Shown here piece by piece: positions 54,700 through 64,000 of a stretch of 64,000 nucleotides of DNA. The notes beneath the pieces were generated by a model. That model did not search any database. It was not told the DNA's origin and saw nothing but the letters and a program-made list of their open reading frames with translations. The stretch comes from Eledone cirrhosa (taxonomy: Eukaryota). The stretch's first letter is position 1, and each line of letters begins with the position of its first letter. The stretch lies in contig OZ024745.1 of NCBI GenBank assembly GCA_964016885.1, forward strand, positions 94,550,001 through 94,614,000, in the 5' to 3' direction. The translations under genes were made by a program, and so were the position numbers.

Positions 54700-57600
54700 T
54701 AATTGGCAATAAGGGCAGGGGCACCAGGTTATCACAGCCTGGGCCCGCTCGTCATCATGCCATTGTAATAGAGCCAAACAAGGCATTTAGTCTTGGCTGC
54801 TGGAACGTACGGACGCTGCTTGACAGGGATTCCTTGGAGCGTCCTGAACGAAGGACCGCTCTTGTTGCAAAGGAGCTTCGACGTTACGATCTTGACATCG
54901 TGGCTTTATCTGAGACGAGGTTAGCTGGAGATGGTCATCTTACAGAATTTTGTGGAGAATATACATTCTTCTGGAAAGGAAGAGATGAAGGAACCAGAAG
55001 AGAGGCTGGGGTAGCATTTGCTGTTAAGACTGTTCTTGTGAATAAATTAGAAGAATTCCCAGTAGGGATTAGTGAGCGTCTTATGTCTATGTGAGTTCCG
55101 CTGGACAAAGGAAGATATGCGACCCTGGTGAGTGTGTATGCTCCAACTATGAATTCTGTCGATGAAGAAAAAGTGTCCTTTTACCATGCCTTGAAAGGTG
55201 CTTTAAGAAATATCCCTCAGGCAGACAAAGTCATCGTGCTTGGTGACTTTAATGCTAGAGTGGGTAGTGATTTTAACACATGGAATGTAATCGGAGGGTA
55301 TGGGGTGGGAAAGTGTAACAACAACGGTATGCTCTTGCTGAAGAAGTGTGAGGAGTAGGATCTGTGTGTTACCAACACCATGTTCCAACAAAAGAACAAA
55401 TTCAAGACCACATAGATGCATCCTGCATCTAAGGAATGTCATCTTTTGGACTACCTCCTAGTCAGGATGCATGACAGAGAGGATGTGCAGTGTGTTCGTG
55501 CTCTTCGTGGAGCTGAATGCTGGACGGACCACCGCCTGGTACACGCAAAATTGAAACTAATCACTAAACGTAAAATCCGGGCTCCTGGTGTTACACTGCC
55601 CAGAAGATTGAATGACGCTCGTCTTAGGGATAAAAATGTGAAGAGGACATTGCAAGAAGAGATGCAGGTTGCAGATCTTGGTGAAGATTGGACGACCCTT
55701 AAAAAGTCGGTTAATGATGTAGGCAGGCGTGTTCTGGGATTGGTGCAGAGAAAACATCAGGACTGGTTTACTGAGAATGATGTACATATAAAAGACTTGT
55801 TGGCTGATAAGAGGCGTGCTCTGTCACGCTACTTGACGGCAAAACCACAGGAGATGAATACGTTCCATGAGGAACTCAAGGATGTAAAATCACAGTTACG
55901 CGGAGTGTTTCTCAGATGGAGGATAAGTGGTGGAGTGAGAAGGCTGATGAGATACAAACTGCGTTAGATTCCAATAACACAAAGCTGTTGTACAGTCTCT
56001 TTCGTGAAGTTTATGGACCGTCTTCTTCTCTCGTGACACCGCTTCGCAGCAAGGATGGCAAAGAACTTCTTCGTGACTCACAAGGAATTCTACGAAGGTG
56101 GCGAGAGCACTTTGATGATCTTTTGAATCAGCCGTCTGTCGTCAGTGAAGATTTCCTCAATCTCATTCCAGAAAGTCCTGTGAAAGTAGCTCTCGCAGTA
56201 CCTCCAACGCTTGTGGAGGTTGCAGTGGCTATCTCGAAGCTGAACAGTGGAAGGTCTCCAGGTATGGATGGCATACATGCTGAGCTCCTACAATATGGTG
56301 GTGAGAGACTCCTGCAACATCTTCACTCTTTGTTTGGCAGGATATGGGCTAATGAATCCGTACCTGAGGACTGGAGAGATGCAGTAATGGTGGTCTTGTA
56401 CAAGGGAAAGGGTAACAGGAATGATTGTGGGAACTACAGCGGTATATCTTGCTTTCTGTCGTAGGGAAAGTTTTATGTAGGGTGCTTCTGGACCGTCTGC
56501 TGACACACATTGCAGATTGTGTTCTTCCTGAAAGTCAATCTGGTTTTCGTGCTGGACGCGGCACTACTGATATGATCTTCTCAGCTAGACAGCTCCAGGA
56601 GAAGTGCATGGAACAAGGTTTGGATCTGTATCAGGTTTTTGTCGATCTGACAAAAGCTTTCGATACTGTTAACAGAAATGCATTATGGAAGGTTCTCCAG
56701 AAACTTGGTTGCCCCGATAAGTTCCTTGCTTTAGTTAGGTCTTTCCATGACGACATGAAGGCTTAAGTTAGTGTCGGAGGTAACATGTCGGAGCCTATCT
56801 CAGTAAAAAATCGAGTGAAACAGGGGGATATTCCAGCACCGACCCTGTTTGCCATATACTTTGCAATGGTTTTCTGTATTGCATTCAAGAATTGCGAGCA
56901 TGGTGTTTACATCCGATATCAAACCTCAGGCAGCATATTTAACATCAGGCGCTTTGCTGCAAAGACAAAAGTATTTACATCAATCATAAGAGACCTCTTG
57001 TATGCAGATGATTGCTACCTTGTAGCACACACAGAGAGTGATATGCAGCACATTTTGAATGCATTTTCTAACGCTTGCACTGCCCTAGGATTGACTGTCA
57101 GTCTCAAGAAAACCGTCGTCATGTACCAACCAGACCCTGGTAAGCAGTACAGTGAGCCAGACATCTATGTGTATGGTAAACGACTTGGAGTGGTTGATCA
57201 GTTTGTCTACCTGGGAAGCACTGTCAATCGATACAGCAATCTTGATAGTGAAATCTCACTTAGGATTAGGAAAGCAAGTGATGCTTTCGGAAAGCTAGAA
57301 AGGCGTCTCTGGGGTCGGCGAGACATATGCAAGAAGACAAAGGTAAAGGTGTACAAGGCATGTGTGCTCTCTTCTCTTCTTTATGCCTGCGAGACCTGGG
57401 TCACATATCGACACCACCTTAAGCAATTGGAGCGTCTCCATCAGATGTGTCTCATACGGTCCATGGCCTTCACTGGAGGGACCACATCAGTGATGTCGAG
57501 ATTTTGGAAAGCTCTCTGTGTGACAGTATAGAAGCTCTTGTGCTTAAGCAAAGACTCCGTTGGAGTGGTCACCTTGTCAGGATGAATGATTCTAGAATAC

Positions 57601-58421
57601 CAAAACAACTCAGTTAGTTAAAGGAAAACGACCGCCACATAAACCAAAAAAGAGGTATAAGGATTCCTTGAAAGCCTCTTTGAAAGACGCTAACATCTCT
57701 GCTGATACATGGGAAAATATTGCTGCTGATCGTAATAAATGGAGAAAGACTGTATATGAGGGAAAAGTTGCCTTTGAGGCATCTCGAATCGCATACGAGA
57801 AAGTAAAGCGGGATGTGAGGAAGGGCATTGCTGTTGCACTTCCAGACGGCGAGGGTCCTCCTATGGTGCTGACATGCAGCGTCTGTGCGAGACTCTGCCT
57901 AAGCAAAGCTGGACTCGAAAGTCATCTTCGCAGTGATAAAGTAAGACCAGTGGCTGACTACCAGGCTGCTGTTGGAGATGCTACTCATCATGCTTGCCAA
58001 GCATGTGGTAGAGAATGTAAATCAGCAGGAGGGCTCAAACGACATGCAAAAGTACATGAACTCCAACCAGAGCCGGCTATTGCCAGTGAATGTTTTGGTT
58101 GCCGACTCTATGCAAGACATTTTAGATCATTGGCTGGGCTAAAAAGCCATATTCGATCGCAGCGCTGTTAGTTGCTAATCTGTGTGCGTGTGTATAGATA
58201 TGTTTGTGTGCGATTATTATATATATATATATATATATATATGTATCTTATTATTGTTGTTGTTGTTGTCATTATTATTGTTGTTGTTGTCATTATTATT
58301 GTTGTTGTTGTCATTATTATTGTTGTTATTAATATATATTTATATATATATATTTTTTTTCTTTCCTCTTTTTTTTTTTCGTGCAATGGCCATACTCGAT
58401 AACGAGGAGGAAGCCATCATG
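54700..58421 (+). mobile_element. Near full-length RTE-clade LINE (APE-RT-C2H2 fingers), disrupted
   Basis: WNVRTL, ALSETR, VYAPT, LGDFNARVG, TDH, SPGMDG, PESQSGFR, FVDLTKAFDTV, VKQG, LLYADD, YLGS; ends GCCATCATG(TATG)n. Confidence 0.93.
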
Positions 58422-58466
58422 TATGTATGTATGTATGTATGTATGTATGTATGTATGTATGTATGT

Positions 58467-58632
58467 GACCGATGATGTTGATCTTTTCTTCTTTTCGGGT
58501 TACAGCTTCTGTCGCTCAGAGAGTGGGATTGGCTCAGTGCACAGTCTGTCTTCACTTTAAAAAATATCTTCACGCACAGGCATTGCATGATAGAATTAAA
58601 ATAATTATTAATAACGAAGGGGGCAGCCATCG
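58467..58632 (+). mobile_element. Short RTE 5'UTR / 3'-tail fusion
   Basis: Matches 48497-48645, then jumps to taacgaagggggcagccatc. Confidence 0.65.
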
Positions 58633-58670
58633 TTAATGTATGTATGAATGTATTTATGTATGTATGTATG

Positions 58671-59062
58671 TTCTTCTGGTTTTATAATTTCACAAATTTT
58701 TGCCAATAGAGAGAGAGAGTCGGTTTCTAACATAGACACAAGACTCTCTCATTGGAATTTACACAACATCAACTAGGTAGATATGTATGCATGTCTGCAT
58801 GCATGCATCTGTAGACATGGATATTATTGTATGTGTGGATTTGTATGTTTTGAGTTGTATGTCTGGATGTGCATATGCTTTGTATCTGTACATGTGTATA
58901 TGCAGTTATTAGATGCACCATTTTTGGAATGTTTTACATATTTTTACTGTTCCATTAATGGATTGTACTAGTAATTTCCTAACTAGTTGTATTCTTTCTG
59001 TACCTGTGAAGTCCAGCTTCTCAAGATTTGTATTGAGGCAGTTACTAACCTATCCCAGTGTA
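58671..59062 (-). mobile_element. 3' end fragment of the R4/Dong-type LINE
   Basis: Matches 41114-41490; adjoins (TATG)n. Confidence 0.85.
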
Positions 59063-59614
59063 TGTATGCAGGTATGTATGTGACAACACACTGGTAGGGA
59101 AATAGCATAATGTGTATACAATGTATAGAAATCAAAAGAATTAACCGAACCACTGAACAAGTCATACCAAATCTGAACATTACTAAGAATGATATACAAA
59201 AAGATATGTCTACTGTCTAGATAACAATGTGCACAAAAGACAAGCTGTGAGAATTGTATTTTGTGAGAAAAATGATAACAGTGGACTGTGCTTTAAATGC
59301 TAAAACCTATTTTCTGTGGCATTTGGTTGAATAGTGTTGCCATTTATCATTGAATAAAATAACTGAGAATTCAAGGGCAACTTTAGGCAGTATTCATCGA
59401 GCAAATTGTGTATAGGTGCGAGTGAAAATTGATGAATGAAATTACAACGTAGAAAATTGCTAATAACATGGATATTTCCTTTGGGTCATGTTGCCGGATT
59501 TTGTCTAAAGACCGTTGCAGCGTCATATCAATTCAAAATATGTTTCAAGAATCTCAACTGATTAAAAGCTTTACTACTGAAAGAAACCTAATTCTTTTCA
59601 AATTCATTATTACT

Positions 59615-60105
59615 GAATTGGCAGTATCGGTGGAGGGTCGGACGCCATGCTTTCCAGCATAGTTACGTCCCTTTACGACCTGAGTTCAAATCCCGTCGAG
59701 GTTAACTTTGCCTTTCACCCTTACCGGGTCGATAAAATAAAGTACCAGTAATGCACTGGTTAATTGCTGGCCTTGTGCCCAAAGTAGAAACAATTATTAC
59801 TGGTGATAAAGCGGTCTTCGCGGTTTACGTGTGAAGTACATCATGGACTACCAGTCTACGTGGCCAATGTTCCATTCGTGGTAGGACTATTTTGTGTGGG
59901 CGGTGGATTGGCAGTACAGTATCAGTAGTGCGTCGCACAACATGCTTCTCGGCATATAGTCACGTCGCTTTAGATTCTGAGTTCAAATGCCACCTTACCG
60001 GCTTGATAAAATAATATACAAGTAATTCTCTGGGGTCAATTTAATCGACTCTACCCTTTCCTTCAAATTGCTGGCCTTGTGCCAAATGTAGAAATAATTA
60101 TTACT
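59615..60105 (+). mobile_element. Two tRNA-SINE copies
   Basis: A/B boxes and family body at 59615-59800 and 59898-60105. Confidence 0.8.
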
Positions 60106-60490
60106 GGTGATGGATCCTATGTATTTTATTTAAGTACTAAAATGAAACTTTAGTTGAACCAAGAAAGCTCAACAATCTCGATAAAAAGGAAAAGCTATGT
60201 TAAATAATGTTTCCGTATTAAATATCTTGCTTATAAATAATTTTAGATTCAGCTTTTCACAGCTAACAGACATTTTATGAGGAAAACAAGAGGAAAACAC
60301 AGAATTTTAGAAGCTACTAGACCACCCGTGACCCGTTGGGGCACGTTCACTTCAAAATATTTTAAAAAAATCATGTTCACTTAAAAATAATTTTTAAATG
60401 ATTAAAATATTCACAGACATGTATATAATGTGAAATGAAACTGGAAGGCCCATATATATATGTGTGTATATATATATAAAAGTGTGTTTG

Positions 60491-60581
<91 letters not shown>

Positions 60582-61252
60582 AGGGTAAATATTGATGCAA
60601 TTCAATTCAAGCACTCAACGTACTTTTTCCACATAGGAGTGACGGAGTAAATATCGAATAAGTAACACTAGAATCCCTCCCAGAACATATTACTTAAACA
60701 TCTCTCTCCATATTATTTACTCACTTCAATGTATATCCTTACTTAATCCGAATTATCACTTGAAAAACATTTTTGAATTTAGAATTTTTGAATTCTTTAT
60801 TGTTTAATTCATAATCTCTGATATTTGATTTAGTATTTTAAATTTTATTCCCAACTCTCACTCTTAACTTACTATGTAAAACCATAGTACCTAGAATTAA
60901 GTTTATTTTACCTTATGAGTTGATGGTCAGTCTTACTGTCAACGCTAAGTGAAAGGTTTTTATGACCTATAAAAACTAACACCCTCCCATCCCCTCTGGC
61001 TTTCGGCTGACTGCCACACTAGCGATGGGTAGCAGTAAATATTGGCAAGGCACAGGTGGGCCACTGACAGCGAATTTCGTTGAAATCTGCGGTGCTAATG
61101 GTCAACTTCCTTCGGACATGCGCTTGCGCAGACCGGTGGGGGTGAATTGGTACTCACAAGGGAACGGATGAAAAACCCAAAAGCACGAACTTCATCCGTT
61201 CCCATGTCGATTCAATTTGGATTGCCTCGGAAACAACCTTATTATGTAACAA

Positions 61253-61326
61253 GCTGTCTGATGATGTCACGACACTCGCACACAGATCAGTGTGGCCAGT
61301 GTCGTCATTGAAATATATATCACAGC
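61253..61326 (+). ncRNA. Type-I hammerhead ribozyme with extended stem II
   Basis: GCTGT-CTGATGA-TGTC ACGACACT..CACAC/GTGTG..AGTGTCGT CATT-GAAA-TATATA-TC-ACAGC; downstream of a decayed YIG-containing remnant at ~60630-60880. Confidence 0.85.
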
Positions 61327-61364
61327 ATTATTATTAAAGGACTTGAACATCTGAAACTACTTCG

Positions 61365-61454
<90 letters not shown>

Positions 61455-61486
61455 TTATATATATATTTATTAAAATAACAGATTAA

Positions 61487-61537
61487 AGTTTAAGCAAAGA
61501 ATCGCTGCTTTCACCCTCAACGGGATCTTCTGAAACT
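61487..61537 (-). ncRNA. Variant hammerhead (CAGAAGA core, full stem III)
   Basis: AGTTT-CAGAAGA-TCCC gttga GGGT-GAA-AGCA..TGCT-T-AAACT. Confidence 0.55.
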
Positions 61538-61714
61538 AACAAAGTCAATCTGTAAACGCAGAGTGGATATTTCAAAAAACGTTGCAACCGGAGGAAGACA
61601 GGAAGACGATACTTTGGTTCGTGGAAACGTTCGCTATGCAAATAAGTAATGGTATAAACAAAACATATACCTAGCTACCACATCAAGACGTAAAATATCC
61701 ACGTATAGATCGTA

Positions 61715-62365
61715 CTATCCGTTAGGGTATAACGTGGGGCTGTAATACAGGAAAGTTTTGTGCAATTTATGTTTACAAGCCGAAATTGCCTCAGATTTTT
61801 TGTTTAAGATGTGGTCTGTGGCGTAGAGTATTTCCAGGGCCTCAGCGGCGCAGAGGTCATATGGTCTTTTATTTCCGTTATACAATCTAGCCCTAGCTAG
61901 GATCTCCCAGTGTAACTTATATTGGGTGTGGTTGTCTTTTAGACTCCAGATATAAGCTGAAAGTGACGTCATATTCCTTCTTAGAGGGTAACGAAAAGAA
62001 TGGGTGTGCATGTAAAGACGCTGCTTGAATCTATTGGCGGTTAACCCTATGTAGGCCCTACGGGACGTGGGTGTTTCAACCTTACATTTGTAGACAAGGT
62101 TACTACAGAGGCATTTCCCGTATAGGGGGCAATCAACCCGATTCCTACAATTACAGTTAGTACTAACTACAGGGTTGCACGTGTTCCTACGGCTAGGTAG
62201 TTTAGCTAAATTTGAAGCTGCGATGTTATGTGCAAGGTTAGGAGTCGTAGAGTAAGAAATTTTAATAGTATTTCTATTAAAAATTTTACTATATTTATGT
62301 GTAGGGGGAAAATGCTTCGTAATAAGGGAAAGAAAGATCTTAGCTAATGGTGTGGCCACCTCCAT
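61715..62365 (-). CDS. Naiad-type linker + GIY-YIG endonuclease fragment
   Basis: 216-aa open frame with CxCx5C, LVY..YIG and ILNKKSE..CKH. Confidence 0.85.
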   Translation of the reverse strand: MEVATPLAKIFLSLITKHFPPTHKYSKIFNRNTIKISYSTTPNLAHNIAASNLAKLPSRRNTCNPVVSTNCNCRNRVDCPLYGKCLCSNLVYKCKVETPTSRRAYIGLTANRFKQRLYMHTHSFRYPLRRNMTSLSAYIWSLKDNHTQYKLHWEILARARLYNGNKRPYDLCAAEALEILYATDHILNKKSEAISACKHKLHKTFLYYSPTLYPNG

Positions 62366-62645
62366 ATTATATGGTGGGTTATACCAACAAATACGAGGGA
62401 TCCATTTCTTCTAGGTATATTTTCGTACTCTGTATATGCTACCTTATCGACAAATCCACTCCGAGCATACGATCTATACGTGGATATTTTACGTCTTGAT
62501 GTGGTAGCTAGGTATATGTTTTGTTTATACCATTACTTATTTGCATAGCGAACGTTTCCACGAACCAAAGTATCGTCTTCCTGTCTTCCTCCGGTTGCAA
62601 CGTTTTTTGAAATATCCACTTCTGCATTTACAGATTGACTTTGTT

Positions 62646-62696
62646 AGTTTCAGAAGGTCCCGTTGAGGGTGAAAGCAACGATTCTTTGCTTAAACT
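62646..62696 (+). ncRNA. Variant hammerhead, inverted-arm copy
   Basis: AGTTT-CAGAAGG-TCCC..GGGT-GAA-AGCAA..TTGCT-T-AAACT. Confidence 0.45.
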
Positions 62697-62803
62697 TTAA
62701 TCTGTTATTTTAATAAATATTTACTCTACGGTTCTTATATATTTGATATATATTTATCCTTATCGAGCCCTCTTTGGATTTTAGTCTTCAAATGTATTAT
62801 TAT

Positions 62804-62868
<65 letters not shown>

Positions 62869-62957
62869 CAGAAGGGATATTCAATTTGTTGGTAATTCAA
62901 CAAATATAAAGGTTTATAGCTGATTCAGAGCACTCGACAAGCTTTCTGGAGTATAAT

Positions 62958-63236
62958 ATTCAATGATATTAAATAAATAGAAACTATATTTATAAAACCA
63001 TATTTATTCTATTATATATATTTCAAGGGTACCAGATAAATTTCCTATCCAAATCCTTGGATAGGAAAACTTGAAACGTTAAGGTATATTTTCCTTGGTT
63101 ATGTCAAAATTTATAAAACACACTTCGTATTTTATCTGATGATAGCGTACCAAAATTCTGGTACCCTTGAAATATATATAATAGAATAAATATGGTTTTA
63201 TAAATATAGTTTCCTTTTATTTAATATCAATGAATA
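62958..63236. repeat. ~80-bp-arm inverted repeat around an HHR
   Basis: 62958-63036 is the reverse complement of 63157-63236; inner hairpin ttcctatccaa/ttggataggaa. Confidence 0.85.
63128..63188 (+). ncRNA. Type-I hammerhead ribozyme
   Basis: TATTTTAT-CTGATGA-TAGC GTACCA..TGGTAC CCTT-GAAA-TATATA-TA-ATAGAATA. Confidence 0.8.
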
Positions 63237-63240
63237 TCAG

Positions 63241-63906
63241 CGATGGTTGCTAAACACCGTACGGCTTAATTCGGGATGATTGTTTACAAACACACCGAGC
63301 ATTATAATAAATGTTCGGTAAATCCATACGTACATATATATGTGTATGCATGTATGTATATATATATACATACTACTGTACGTCTGTATACATATATGTA
63401 TGTACGTATACATATTATATTTAAGTAACAGCCGTACTAAGAGTGAGAAATGAAATTTCGTTTCATTTTTTCCGTTTATCGTTTTCGGTACACCCGGCAG
63501 ATTAACTCACTCGATATGCAAATTAGGCTGCTCAGCCGTTAATATGCATAAGGAAAGTATATACTTTCAGATGTTCAATCATCTGTCAGGAAGGTATACG
63601 GTGCTGACGATAGCTAATAAGCTTGAAACTAGTACAGCGTTCCTTTGTCAGTGTTGAACAAACGAGCAACGATGGTTGCTAGACACTGTACGGCTTAATT
63701 CGGGATGTTTGTTTACAAACACACCGAGCATTATAATAAATGTTCGGTAAATCCATATGTACATATAAATGTGTGTGCTTGTATGTATATATATATACAT
63801 ACTACTGTACGTCTGTATACATATATGTATGTACGTGTACATACATACTTACATTTAAGTACCAGCCGTACTAAGAGTGGAAATGAAATTTCGTTTCTTC
63901 TTTTCC

Positions 63907-63912
<6 letters not shown>
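63241..63912 (+). mobile_element. Non-coding partial tandem (period 429 bp) with central HHR; retrozyme-like
   Basis: cgatggttgcta at 63241 and 63670; ~240-bp terminal redundancy around a segment with an octamer, a TATA-like box and an HHR. Confidence 0.7.
63598..63640 (+). ncRNA. Minimal hammerhead ribozyme
   Basis: ACGGTG-CTGACGA-TAGCT aata AGCTT-GAAA-CTAG-TA-CAGCGT; palindromic ACTAGT stem III, GUA site. Confidence 0.75.
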
Positions 63913-63975
<63 letters not shown>

Positions 63976-64000
63976 CATATGTGGGTGCCTGTGATCTATA

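Larger units (their letters stand above)
61463..62720 (-). mobile_element. 5'-truncated Naiad-type PLE with inverted ~250-bp pseudo-LTRs (61463-61714 / 62468-62720)
   Basis: ORF 61715..62365 (KISYST, CNCRNRVDCPLYGKC, YIGLT) is bracketed by reverse-complement arms. Confidence 0.9.

Overview
AT-rich, microsatellite-dense eukaryotic DNA, most likely from an octopus or other coleoid cephalopod. That call is an inference from the SINE families and the (CA)/(TA)/(TATG)n load. Almost all of the window is nested mobile DNA. It holds a ~5-kb tandem duplication carrying tRNA-Gly pseudogenes, a Helitron with a deleted Rep core, and at least seven Penelope-like (PLE) copies, one of them a nearly intact Naiad-type RT+GIY-YIG element. 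There is also a full-length R4/Dong-type RLE LINE, Tx1/L1-like and RTE LINEs, RTE-derived bipartite SINEs, tRNA-SINEs, a truncated Tc1/mariner and a MITE. The signal the ORF track misses is about a dozen type-I hammerhead ribozyme (HHR) motifs read directly from the sequence. These include a long-stem-II family sharing a C.C mismatch, core-variant HHRs, and a ~430-bp octamer+TATA+HHR partial tandem resembling a circRNA-forming retrozyme. Weak evidence also points to host-gene exons on the minus strand and a pre-miRNA-like hairpin. Coordinates were read by eye and element edges are approximate.
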